From assembly GCA_034439575.1 (NCBI GenBank), contig JAWXAQ010000007.1, positions 64,001-128,000 of the forward strand: 64,000 bases of DNA, written 5' to 3'. This document shows, piece by piece, positions 20,654 to 30,355 of the stretch; the first letter of the stretch is position 1; the number at the start of each line of letters is the position of its first letter. This DNA is from Leptospira sp. Its GTDB lineage: Bacteria; Spirochaetota; Leptospiria; Leptospirales; Leptospiraceae. A program made the translations under genes and the position numbers. The notes beneath the pieces were generated by a model that saw nothing but the letters and a program-made list of their open reading frames with translations, was not told where the DNA came from and did not search any database.

Positions 20654-21940
20654 TTAGTTTCCTTTTAAATTTTTAATCATTTCATCAGTAGCCATATAAT
20701 CATTTGTTTTAAAAATCATATTTTCTTTTGTATCGACTATTAAAAAGAATGGCAATCCGATTTGTAATTCGGGATATCTCGGATCTAAAGAATATGATTC
20801 AAAAATTTTATCAGTATCATAAATTTTCCACAATATTGCATTCTCTTTTAAAGCCTCATTCAATTTAGAATCTGAAAGAGTCAATTTTTGAAATTCTTTG
20901 CAATTCGTACACCAATCTGCATAAAAATCAATAAACACTTTTTTGCCTTCAGCATTTGCCTTTTTAAAAACTTCGTCTTTGTTTCTATACCATACCAAGT
21001 TTCCCGAAATTTCATTTTCCAAGATTTTGGGATTGGACTCTAAACTGTTCACATAACTATACTTTGGTGCAATGACTAAAAAAAGTGCAATACTTAAAAG
21101 TATATTTGTGGCAATAAGTACAGCCTTTTTCATTCGTATGGTGATAAAATCTGAATTACTTTGGATATAAAACGATGCGATTACAATGAGTATCCAAAGG
21201 CCAAAGGCTTTAATGGTGGTTACATTGTCCCATCCCCAAACACCTGCTGCTTTTTGTAAGTAAGTATAGGAAAAAAATAAAATAAGCCCTGCGAGTACGA
21301 ATTGCACATAACGCATCCATTTACCCGACTTTGGCAATGATATCCCAAATACACCAATAGCAAGAAATGGTAAACCCACTCCTAGACCAAAGGCAAACAT
21401 CTTTAGTGCTGTGGCTAGAATTGAAAGAAAACCAATCGATCCATCTGATGAAGAGATAACTTGTAATAAAATAGAAACAACCACAGGGCCAACACATGGC
21501 GAGGATAATAATCCTGCACCCATGCCTAAAAGGAAACTTCCAAAGAAACTTGCAGAATTATGATTTGTTGACCTCTGTGTAAAAATAGGAAGATGTAAAA
21601 ATTCTGCAGATGACAAAGCTAATACAAACAATACATAGGCGAGAAATAAATTTGTTTCTGGATGGCGAAGAATTGAATTGAATATCCCTCCTGTAAAACC
21701 AGCAATGATCCCAAAGATCAAATACATGCTCGCTAATCCAAAATAATAAATAATTGGATGTAACCAACGAATTTTATCAGTTCTGGATTTTAAGATACCC
21801 GCTGTGATCGGATATAAGGGATATACACAAGGCAAAAGACTTGCCAGAAATCCACCTAATACGAGCAAAACGAACAAAAATGGTTGAAATCCATTTCCAA
21901 CTAACTGTGATTCAATATAAGATTGTAATTCAGAATACAT
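20654..21940 (-). CDS. DsbD/CcdA-type thiol-disulfide transporter fused to thioredoxin
   Basis: LLPCVYP and SPCVGP TM cysteines; WCTNC thioredoxin motif. Confidence 0.9.
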   Translation of the reverse strand: MYSELQSYIESQLVGNGFQPFLFVLLVLGGFLASLLPCVYPLYPITAGILKSRTDKIRWLHPIIYYFGLASMYLIFGIIAGFTGGIFNSILRHPETNLFLAYVLFVLALSSAEFLHLPIFTQRSTNHNSASFFGSFLLGMGAGLLSSPCVGPVVVSILLQVISSSDGSIGFLSILATALKMFAFGLGVGLPFLAIGVFGISLPKSGKWMRYVQFVLAGLILFFSYTYLQKAAGVWGWDNVTTIKAFGLWILIVIASFYIQSNSDFITIRMKKAVLIATNILLSIALFLVIAPKYSYVNSLESNPKILENEISGNLVWYRNKDEVFKKANAEGKKVFIDFYADWCTNCKEFQKLTLSDSKLNEALKENAILWKIYDTDKIFESYSLDPRYPELQIGLPFFLIVDTKENMIFKTNDYMATDEMIKNLKGN

Positions 21941-21944
21941 AAAA

Positions 21945-23348
21945 TTAGAAAATTAAATTTGCTTTAAGGAAAAAGGATCTTTCGAGTTTTCCATATTCTG
22001 AAATGAGGGGAGCCGAAGGAGTGGAAAATTGAGATCTATAGTCAGAAACTGTCCTTTCATTAGAAAGATTGTCAATATAATACTTATTTGGTGAGCCCTT
22101 CGAATCATACGACCTGGTTTCCATATAACCAAGACCTATACGAGTACTTTCTGAGAAAAAGTATTCCCAATAAACTTGTTTTGAGACATAATATGATTTA
22201 TCGGAGTAAACTGGATCTTTCACGCTATTTAGACTGGAAAGTCGCACCCAAGGCTCTTCTTGAGTCGTTTCTGTGGTCTTTAAGCCAGGATTTGGGCCTC
22301 CATTGGCAATTTCACCCCGAAACACCCAGCGAATAAGTTTAGTGCCCAAACCAAGCCAAGCATAAGCCCCGCGTCCTAATGTTTCATTTATAGGAATAGC
22401 AAATTGAGTTGGTGCCAAGGCATCTGTATATTCGCCACTGAATTTTTTTTTCACCATTCCACCTAGGCCTAAATTCACATATTGTTTCCAAATCACATTA
22501 CCTTCGACTGCATACGTTTGATCTTGTGATAAACGTATGTTTCCACGTAGTTGAGTGTTGGGATTGTTATCAGTGGGTAAACATTTTGTTTTTCCCTCAT
22601 AACATTCGTTACCCGCATAACCAAAGGCATTTCCACGTCTTCCGAGAAAGTGTAGTCCTGTTTTCAGTTCATCTGTCCATTTCTCTTCCCAACTGATTCT
22701 GGCAATGGCATCATACCCAGAATTTGAAGAATTTTGAAGACTTTTATAACCATCTCCATTAACAACCGCTATATGAGTTGATAAAGATTTCCATTGTGCT
22801 AAATAGGACAATCCTAAGTCCACTGGATCGGCTGAAAATGCTAGCGATTCCAAAGGTGATCTATCCATATAACGCCAATCATAATATCCACCCCAAACAG
22901 AGTGCATATGAGGCAGTTCTTGCATTCCGAAAATAAGTCTATGTTGGAAGGAACCTAATTCCCAAAGTTTTTGCACATTGGCACGGCGAATGGTAAATAT
23001 ATGAGGATTTGATTTTGATCCACCTTCTGCATTTGTGTCTGCAGATATGGAATTGCTTTTTACTATTTCACCCCAAAATTCTACTTTGATGCCCGTATTT
23101 TCCCATTCCTTGGAAATCATAAGCATTGTCCAGGGCATAGAAAATCCGGTTTTGTCAGATTGGCTGGTATCAGAAACGCCTGAGGCTTTATCGCGTACTC
23201 GATAACCAAACGTCGGTGTTAAGATAGCACCTACTTTTAATCCATAATAGCCATCTGGTTCATCTTTTTTTGTGGTGATAACCTCATCTGCAAATAACGC
23301 AAATGAGGTGAAGAGAGATGCAAATAAAAGTAAAAAAAATCTAATCAC
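21945..23348 (-). CDS. Outer-membrane beta-barrel (porin-like)
   Basis: Signal peptide, amphipathic beta strands, C-terminal Phe (KANLIF). Confidence 0.65.
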   Translation of the reverse strand: MIRFFLLLFASLFTSFALFADEVITTKKDEPDGYYGLKVGAILTPTFGYRVRDKASGVSDTSQSDKTGFSMPWTMLMISKEWENTGIKVEFWGEIVKSNSISADTNAEGGSKSNPHIFTIRRANVQKLWELGSFQHRLIFGMQELPHMHSVWGGYYDWRYMDRSPLESLAFSADPVDLGLSYLAQWKSLSTHIAVVNGDGYKSLQNSSNSGYDAIARISWEEKWTDELKTGLHFLGRRGNAFGYAGNECYEGKTKCLPTDNNPNTQLRGNIRLSQDQTYAVEGNVIWKQYVNLGLGGMVKKKFSGEYTDALAPTQFAIPINETLGRGAYAWLGLGTKLIRWVFRGEIANGGPNPGLKTTETTQEEPWVRLSSLNSVKDPVYSDKSYYVSKQVYWEYFFSESTRIGLGYMETRSYDSKGSPNKYYIDNLSNERTVSDYRSQFSTPSAPLISEYGKLERSFFLKANLIF

Positions 23349-24046
23349 TATTTTCCATATTTTTCATCTGCTATACGATCTTTTGCTTCCCAACCAATTG
23401 GTTTGTGGCAAGAAAGACAACTAGATAGCATAGGAACAGTTTTCATTTTTTTCTGAAAATCAAGTGTAGCGCCGTCTTTGGTAATTAAACCCTTATATTC
23501 ATTTTTCTCAATATCAGACATACCTTCAGTAACGCCAGCACCGCTTCCTTTTTCAAAAACAGAACCATTCACATCTACTTTGCCTTCGCATACACAAGTG
23601 TAGGTTTTCTTTTCTTTTGCTATAAAGTAAACGCCAAATGCTGTTCCCCTAACGCCTGCTGTTGATGTTGGTGAAGATACTTCAAAGTTTCCTTTTTTGA
23701 AATCTTTGACTTTAAACCAAGCGGAACCATTTTCAACAAATGCTTTGGATACTTGTTTTTTTGTGTCCCATTCTTTTAAAGCAAAAGTTGTGTTTGGTTG
23801 GATGCGGAATTCTGTTTCTTTATAAATTAAGTCTACTTTGGATCCGTTTCCAGTCTTAAGAGTATCACCAGGTTTGATGACATCATTGACTTTGAAAGCT
23901 TTCCAAAGTTTGGAAGTATCACCCGCCGATAAAACTGTGACCTTTCCTTTTACAAAGCCTGCTATAGCATAGTCCTCAGCATTGAGACTTGTTAATCCAA
24001 TGCTGATTGCGAATATTAATTTAAATCCGATTAGTTGGTTCTTCAT
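23348..24046 (-). CDS. Secreted FecR-domain protein with C-terminal CxxCH
   Basis: GDTLKTG, TAGVRGT FecR motifs; CLSCH. Confidence 0.85.
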   Translation of the reverse strand: MKNQLIGFKLIFAISIGLTSLNAEDYAIAGFVKGKVTVLSAGDTSKLWKAFKVNDVIKPGDTLKTGNGSKVDLIYKETEFRIQPNTTFALKEWDTKKQVSKAFVENGSAWFKVKDFKKGNFEVSSPTSTAGVRGTAFGVYFIAKEKKTYTCVCEGKVDVNGSVFEKGSGAGVTEGMSDIEKNEYKGLITKDGATLDFQKKMKTVPMLSSCLSCHKPIGWEAKDRIADEKYGK

Positions 24047-24112
24047 GAAGTGTTATCCTACAAAGAACTTAACAAACTTATCAAGAAATTTTTTCATCTG
24101 CATTTTGCTATA

Positions 24113-25039
24113 TTATGTCCAAGGGATCGGGAAACCGAGATGTACCAGTTTTGACTCCAATTCATCACGTTCTCGACTCTTTTTACTCGTACTACCATTT
24201 TCATCCAGTAGTCCAAATTCTTTTGCGGCGGCGATGGCACCTGACTTGCCTGATTGATTGTATGCAGAAATTATTTTTTTGTCATACTGTGTGAGAAAAA
24301 GAGATTGAACTCTGTAATCCAAAAAAGCTTCCCAAGCATAAGGAACCCATTTACTTACAATTTCATCTCCGATAACTGTAGCAAATTTTCGTATCTCTAA
24401 TTGCGCATGATCATCCATTCGAAGTGCGAGAAAATGAAATAAGTTATGAAGGTCAACTTTCCAATAAGCTTCAGTGTATGTTGCTAATGGTAAATCTTTC
24501 CTTGCTTGTTCTCTCGCAACACCGAGATCCAAACGTTCTTGGTACAAAGAATTAGCTAACGCTTGTAATTCGGTTTCTTTTTTTGTAAGCAGAGTTCCTG
24601 TTTCTAAATTTAAAAATCCATCACTACCTTGTTTATTTCCAACTGATTGAACTCTCCACTCTGATGGCTTTGTCGTTTGTGCAGAATCAATTGCTACAGA
24701 ATACCTTGTAGAGTATTCATTGACATTTGCAGTCCTATGTCGTATCCACTGACGCCATGTATCCATGGGAACTCTTACATGAAATTTGATTTCACACATC
24801 TCGAAGGGAGTGCTATGTCGATGACGCATCAAGTAACGAACCAAACCTCGATCTTCATTTACTTTTTTTGTTCCTTTTCCGTACGAAACGCGCGCGGCTT
24901 GAACAATCGATTCATCTGAACCCATGTAATCAACAAGTCTGACAAAACCATCGTCCAATACAGGAAAGGCTTTTCCCAGGATAGAATCTAGGGAAGGTAC
25001 GGAAGCTCGAGAAATAGGTTCAAAATCAGTTTGTTGCAT
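24113..25039 (-). CDS. thyX: FAD-dependent thymidylate synthase
   Basis: AARVSY, HSTPFE, RQWIRHR...EYSTRY ThyX motif, HAQLEIR. Confidence 0.95.
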   Translation of the reverse strand: MQQTDFEPISRASVPSLDSILGKAFPVLDDGFVRLVDYMGSDESIVQAARVSYGKGTKKVNEDRGLVRYLMRHRHSTPFEMCEIKFHVRVPMDTWRQWIRHRTANVNEYSTRYSVAIDSAQTTKPSEWRVQSVGNKQGSDGFLNLETGTLLTKKETELQALANSLYQERLDLGVAREQARKDLPLATYTEAYWKVDLHNLFHFLALRMDDHAQLEIRKFATVIGDEIVSKWVPYAWEAFLDYRVQSLFLTQYDKKIISAYNQSGKSGAIAAAKEFGLLDENGSTSKKSRERDELESKLVHLGFPIPWT

Positions 25040-25117
25040 ATATCTTTATTTTTTAGTTCCAAGCCTCCTGAAAAGTCGAAAATAGGTAAAAGCGATCATA
25101 GTTTAGAAGGATGCTGA

Positions 25118-26998
25118 ATGGCCCTTGAAGAAATTCCCTTTTGGGAAGACCGACAGATCAAAAATTCCTCACGAGATTCGAGTAAGAGTCTGATGGTGAG
25201 CCCCGATAAAATATTTATATTCCCTGTCACCAAACCAGTATTTCAATTTTTAGAAAACATTTGGCAATCCTTTACAAATAAGATGGTTTCACTCGTTCAT
25301 TTTGATGATGAACCGGTGTTTAGTTTTTCTATCTTTGAAGTGATTGACCAAGACCAGATGAAAATCGTCGCTACGGCAACTCACTTCAAATTAAAAGAAA
25401 TCGCGGAAAGAAGAAAGATCCCTGGCATAGATGAATATATGGAAAAAGCTCGGCCAATTCCATTAAGTGATCCACGCAACGAATCTGCTCGTTTCCTTCA
25501 AAAAGCGATCATAGATTACAACAAAGGTTTAAGACCTGAAATTCAAATTGTAAATCTCAAAGAATCCGAAATTCATCCAGAGAAAAAAGTTTTGCTTTCC
25601 GAAACTATGAATTTTGCAGTCGGCTTACCATTGTTTGTAAATGATACTCCTATTGGTATCTTATGGGGCATCACAAAAGATCCGATCCCAGAGGACAAAA
25701 TTCGTCCTCTTATGCTTCAGTTATATTCTCTCTTTGATGTCATAGATTTTGTCGTCGGTAAAGAATCCGATGCAGGCAATGATTATTATATTGCTCAAAA
25801 GAATATAGAGAAAGCAGACACAGTTTCCAATTCGCGTAACTTATTTTATACGACAACAAAAGACCAAAAAGAACCTGTTACTTCCATTATTTTCAAATCA
25901 CATCAGTACAATATGGAATATAGGATGGATGCATCCTTTATCATTCCAACAACTGAAGGTTATGCGGTTTCTTTAAAAAGTTTTACACCTGAAAAACTAA
26001 ATAATACAGGAAAAAATTTACTCTTGATTCCAGGATTTTTCTGTCGCAGATCTGTGATGGACAAATTGGGCAAAGAACTGGCGTTAAAGTATGGATTTCG
26101 TGTATTTCTTATGGATATGCGCGGTAGATCCAGACAAACTATGCCTAGGCATGGAAAAAAAGAAGGTTGGACGGTAGACAATTATATCCAAGACGACTTT
26201 CCTGAAGTATTGCGATGGATCCGTTGGCATTATCGAAGTGAAAAGACTGTTGTTATAGGTCATAGTATGGGTGGCATGATCCCCCGTTTTTATGCATCCT
26301 CTTATGATATCATTAAAGACATCAAGGAAGAATTCAATCTCCCGAGACCTGAAGATCACATAGCAGGTATTGTTTCGATTACTTCGCCTAACTATATTAG
26401 TCTCAAATCAAATTTTATCGGTCTAGATACAATCAAAAAAGGTTTTGGTTTAATGCCGCACAAAATGATCTCTGATATGATATTGAGCATGGCATCATTT
26501 TCCATGCAGGCAACAATACAAACCATTGACTTAAAGAAGTTTTTTAAATTTTTACTAAACTTACATTCTAGCCTTAGATCATTTAGTTACAATTTGGGAA
26601 CTCGAGTGCTCACTATCAAAGACTTTGTGGGGTATAAAGAAATTACACCACCTGAATGGTATTTTCTCATGGAAGACGTGTTTTGCGAAGAATCGGTTTC
26701 CGTGATTATGCAATTTTTCCAAAGCCAAATTTCTAATGAGAGAAGTTTTCTATCTAATGATGGTAAGATCAATTATACAAAAAATTTCATCGATAATTTT
26801 AATCTACCGATTTACAGTGTGATCGGAACTGTCGATCAAATCTGTCCCGAAGATTCCTTGGAAGATTTGGGTATATTGAAATCTGAAAATAAAGTGATCA
26901 CCAAATACGAGCAAGGTCATTTAGGAATTATTTTTCATAATGAAACAGTTCGTAAAATTTGTGAAGGTGTGAACGATTGGATTTTAAAGTTAAATTAA
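25118..26998 (+). CDS. GAF-like domain plus alpha/beta hydrolase
   Basis: GLPLFV...IGILW GAF-like strands; GHSMGG nucleophile, GTVD, GHLG. Confidence 0.8.
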   Translation: MALEEIPFWEDRQIKNSSRDSSKSLMVSPDKIFIFPVTKPVFQFLENIWQSFTNKMVSLVHFDDEPVFSFSIFEVIDQDQMKIVATATHFKLKEIAERRKIPGIDEYMEKARPIPLSDPRNESARFLQKAIIDYNKGLRPEIQIVNLKESEIHPEKKVLLSETMNFAVGLPLFVNDTPIGILWGITKDPIPEDKIRPLMLQLYSLFDVIDFVVGKESDAGNDYYIAQKNIEKADTVSNSRNLFYTTTKDQKEPVTSIIFKSHQYNMEYRMDASFIIPTTEGYAVSLKSFTPEKLNNTGKNLLLIPGFFCRRSVMDKLGKELALKYGFRVFLMDMRGRSRQTMPRHGKKEGWTVDNYIQDDFPEVLRWIRWHYRSEKTVVIGHSMGGMIPRFYASSYDIIKDIKEEFNLPRPEDHIAGIVSITSPNYISLKSNFIGLDTIKKGFGLMPHKMISDMILSMASFSMQATIQTIDLKKFFKFLLNLHSSLRSFSYNLGTRVLTIKDFVGYKEITPPEWYFLMEDVFCEESVSVIMQFFQSQISNERSFLSNDGKINYTKNFIDNFNLPIYSVIGTVDQICPEDSLEDLGILKSENKVITKYEQGHLGIIFHNETVRKICEGVNDWILKLN

Positions 26999-27022
26999 AT
27001 TTAATTTAAAGTCTAAGTGAAT

Positions 27023-27553
27023 TTAATTTTTAATTCTCTCTCGCACAAAATTTCTTAAAAAATCAAGTTCTTGTTGGAGAGTACTATCTCTTCCAGCAAG
27101 AAAAAAGGCTCCTCTAAGTAAGGGGCTAACGATCTCAGTTTCCTCGGTGACTCTCACAAGAGCATTTCCATTTTTGTTTGTTAATTCATAAGTCCATTTG
27201 CCTAGCATCTTATAACTAGATTCAAATAATATGACTTCCAGTTTTACATTGGGGACAAATTCCCCTCTTCGAAATTTCATATAACCACCCATATCAGGTA
27301 TCTCTTTCCAGACGGAAACCAAACCTTGTGGGTCCTTTTCAATGATCTCAACAGAGACAACTTCCTTACGACGATTCGGGATTGATTCTACATCTATCAA
27401 ATAAGTCCAAATTTGTTCCGGTGTCGCATTAAATACCTCCTCAACGGAATTTTTGTATTTTGTATCCTGGGCGAATCCTAATCCCAAAAATACAGCAACT
27501 AAACCAATCAATGCAAAGGAAATTCCGAGTGAAAATTTTAATGTTCGAGGCAT
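27023..27553 (-). CDS. SRPBCC/START-like protein
   Basis: ATPEQIW..L.D, GKWTYEL pattern; N-terminal TM. Confidence 0.75.
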   Translation of the reverse strand: MPRTLKFSLGISFALIGLVAVFLGLGFAQDTKYKNSVEEVFNATPEQIWTYLIDVESIPNRRKEVVSVEIIEKDPQGLVSVWKEIPDMGGYMKFRRGEFVPNVKLEVILFESSYKMLGKWTYELTNKNGNALVRVTEETEIVSPLLRGAFFLAGRDSTLQQELDFLRNFVRERIKN

Positions 27554-27604
27554 GATTTTTATTCTTGCAGAATCTTTTTTCTGGCAACAAACTTAATATC
27601 CACA

Positions 27605-28081
27605 ATGCACTCTAATGAAGATTTAATCACAAAATTTTATACGGCTTTCCAAACAAAAGATGGAAACACTATGGCAAATTCATACCACGCAGATGCGACT
27701 TTTTCTGACCCTGTTTTTAAAGACCTAAAGGGAAAAGAAGTAGGTGCTATGTGGTTAATGTTAGTTGAAAAAAGTCAAAATTTGACAATTCGATTTTCTA
27801 ATGTGAAAGCTGATGACACAAAAGGATCCGCGGATTGGGAAGCGGATTACAGCTTTAGCAAAACGGGTAGAATGGTGAACAATAGAATCCATGCAGAGTT
27901 TACATTTTTAGACGGAAAGATTAAAACACATAAAGACAGTTTTAGTCTATGGAAATGGGCAGGCATGGCAATGGGTACAGTTGGTACATTCCTTGGATGG
28001 CTACCATCTGTTCAAAACAAAATCAGAAAAGAAGCCATGACTGGTCTTGCGATGTATATGAAACGCAAAAAAATCAGCTAA
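27605..28081 (+). CDS. NTF2/SnoaL-like protein
   Basis: FYTAF, FSDPVF, WEADYSFSKTGR. Confidence 0.85.
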   Translation: MHSNEDLITKFYTAFQTKDGNTMANSYHADATFSDPVFKDLKGKEVGAMWLMLVEKSQNLTIRFSNVKADDTKGSADWEADYSFSKTGRMVNNRIHAEFTFLDGKIKTHKDSFSLWKWAGMAMGTVGTFLGWLPSVQNKIRKEAMTGLAMYMKRKKIS

Positions 28082-28097
28082 ACGAAAGTAAGGTGGT

Positions 28098-28451
28098 CTA
28101 TTTGGGCATATTAGATAGGCCACCAGCATTTGTAACGTCTGTAAATCCAATAGATTCTAAATATGATTTTGCGCTTCCACTTCGCCCACCTGACGCACAG
28201 TAAACGATAATTGGTTTATCTTTTTGTCCAAATTCGTCCAATCTTTTTTCTAATTGGTCCACTGGGATGTTTAATGCTCCAGGATAATGCCCTGATTGGT
28301 ATTCGGCAGGCGTCCTGACATCCACAACCAATGCCCCCCCAGAAATTTTTTCTTTAACTTTGCCAGTATCTATACTCAATACAGATTTAAATCGATTGAA
28401 TAATAAAATCACGAGAATTAAACCCAGCGCGATAAAAAAATATTTATTCAT
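28098..28451 (-). CDS. Rhodanese-like sulfurtransferase
   Basis: VDVRTPAEY, GHYPGA, YCASGGRS. Confidence 0.92.
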   Translation of the reverse strand: MNKYFFIALGLILVILLFNRFKSVLSIDTGKVKEKISGGALVVDVRTPAEYQSGHYPGALNIPVDQLEKRLDEFGQKDKPIIVYCASGGRSGSAKSYLESIGFTDVTNAGGLSNMPK

Positions 28452-29056
28452 ACATCCTCTACTTTATTCTTAAATACGAATGAAGGTTCTTTGTCTTTGT
28501 ACATTTGACGATAAAAACAAGAATAATACCCAGTATGGCAGGCCGCACCCAGCTGTTCTGTTTTATAAATGATATAAAATGGGGAAGTAGAAAGCACAAT
28601 AGAACGAAGATTTTGAAGGTGTCCTGACTCCTCTCCTTTTACCCATTTTTTGTTCCTTGAGCGACTATAATAAGTACCATGTCCTGATTCAATTGCTTGC
28701 TCGATTGATTCAGGTTTTCCCCAGGCTAACATCAAGGGAGAGCCATTCAAATCAATAGCAAGAATGGGAAATAGAGAAGGTGCAATTTTTATAAACGAAT
28801 TTATCTCATCTTCTGCTATTGATAATGTTTTGTTTTCCCAAAGAGTAACCAATGCATCAGCTATAGCGAGATTTTCTCTTTGAATTAAAAACGTATCATC
28901 ATCACAGTCTGCAAATATTTCAGAATTTACATTCTCGATAACACTTGTTAACTCTCGTTTTGCATCGTCCTCATTAAAAACTCTCAATCGAAATGCTCCA
29001 TTAGCGTCTTTTTCGATGATTGTTATATCAGTATTTTTAGATAACTTTAGTTCCAT
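28448..29056 (-). CDS. hisI: Phosphoribosyl-AMP cyclohydrolase with degenerate N-terminal duplicate domain
   Basis: YSRSR..W.KGEESG, ACHTG..SCF; DCDDD displaced to the N-terminal part. Confidence 0.88.
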   Translation of the reverse strand: MELKLSKNTDITIIEKDANGAFRLRVFNEDDAKRELTSVIENVNSEIFADCDDDTFLIQRENLAIADALVTLWENKTLSIAEDEINSFIKIAPSLFPILAIDLNGSPLMLAWGKPESIEQAIESGHGTYYSRSRNKKWVKGEESGHLQNLRSIVLSTSPFYIIYKTEQLGAACHTGYYSCFYRQMYKDKEPSFVFKNKVEDV

Positions 29057-29057
29057 A

Positions 29058-30350
29058 TTACAGTGATTCAACGGCTATTATTTCTGTTTGTTTACTTTTT
29101 CCTCTGAGGGAATGGTTTCCTAAGGGAATAAATTTCGCATTTATGCTGTTCAATTCTGGGATTTGGTTTAATAGTTCCCTTGAGACCAAAAAGGAGCGTT
29201 TCACTTCTTTGCCCAAAGCTTCCAATCGACTAGCAACATTTACCGTATCACCTATCACAGTATATTCGAGTCTCATAGCTATGCCGACATTGCCGACAAT
29301 CGCCGGTCCATAGTGAATACCTATACGAATAGAAATTGGTTTCAGATTTGACTCTATCCTTTTTATATTCCATTCATTTAACTTTGATTTCATGCCAAGG
29401 CCTGCCAGAATAGCATTTTTAGCATCATCTTTTGTAGAAGTTGGCGTTCCAAAAGTAATAAGCATTCCATCGCCAATAAATTTATCTAAGGTGCCTCGAT
29501 TTTTAAATATCTCATCCAACATCAAAGTATGATATTCGGAAAGTGTCTTAATCGTTTCCTCTGGGCCTATGGATTCGGAAAGTTGTGTAAATCCTTCAAT
29601 ATCACAAAATAAGACTGCTACGTTTTGTTCTTTCCCCCCAGGGGTAAAAAAACTTTCATCAGCAGAACTAATTTCATCAACGACATTAGGCGAAAAATAA
29701 CGGGAAAGTTGGCTTGATTTTAATTCGTTGGCCACGGCAGAAAAAAGCGTAGTGCGAACAAGATAAGTTAAGTATGCCAGAAAAAAACCAAGGATTCCAA
29801 CAATCGCCATACCCAATATATAACTATTTACATGTGCTGAATTTCCGAGCAAAGCTTCCTTAAAACTCTCTGTACTCTGAAATCTAGGATCGGCTTGGGC
29901 ATAAAACAAAATGAAACCCTGTCCGATTACAACCCCTAATGCATATAACAACGGATAAATAGGTTGAATTGTAAAAGCACTCATTGGCAAAATCTCATAT
30001 ATAAAAGTATGGGTATATGTTTTAACGAGATATGTCCGTGGAACCGTATCACCGCCGACAGAATTGTACCAAATAAAAGGTAAAATTGTAATAATGGCAA
30101 TGTCGATCAAAACACATAAAATTCCAATGGGCATAACAAACTTTTGTTTACGCAATATTTTCAATAAAATATACAAAACAAGAATAGACGTTACATTGAG
30201 AATTGTTACCCATACAATTTCGTTTAATGAATTTGCAATGAAGAAAGTTAGTATTGTGGAAAGGCTAGCCACAAATATCTTCCCATAAAGACTAATTGTG
30301 ATTCCTTGAACTTCTTTCTCTCTGAGTATAAGCTCTGTTTTGCTAGCCAT
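29058..30350 (-). CDS. Membrane-bound class III adenylate/guanylate cyclase
   Basis: FCDIEGFT, DKFIGDG, YTVIGDTVNVASRLE; about six TM segments. Confidence 0.93.
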   Translation of the reverse strand: MASKTELILREKEVQGITISLYGKIFVASLSTILTFFIANSLNEIVWVTILNVTSILVLYILLKILRKQKFVMPIGILCVLIDIAIITILPFIWYNSVGGDTVPRTYLVKTYTHTFIYEILPMSAFTIQPIYPLLYALGVVIGQGFILFYAQADPRFQSTESFKEALLGNSAHVNSYILGMAIVGILGFFLAYLTYLVRTTLFSAVANELKSSQLSRYFSPNVVDEISSADESFFTPGGKEQNVAVLFCDIEGFTQLSESIGPEETIKTLSEYHTLMLDEIFKNRGTLDKFIGDGMLITFGTPTSTKDDAKNAILAGLGMKSKLNEWNIKRIESNLKPISIRIGIHYGPAIVGNVGIAMRLEYTVIGDTVNVASRLEALGKEVKRSFLVSRELLNQIPELNSINAKFIPLGNHSLRGKSKQTEIIAVESL

Positions 30351-30355
30351 AATAT

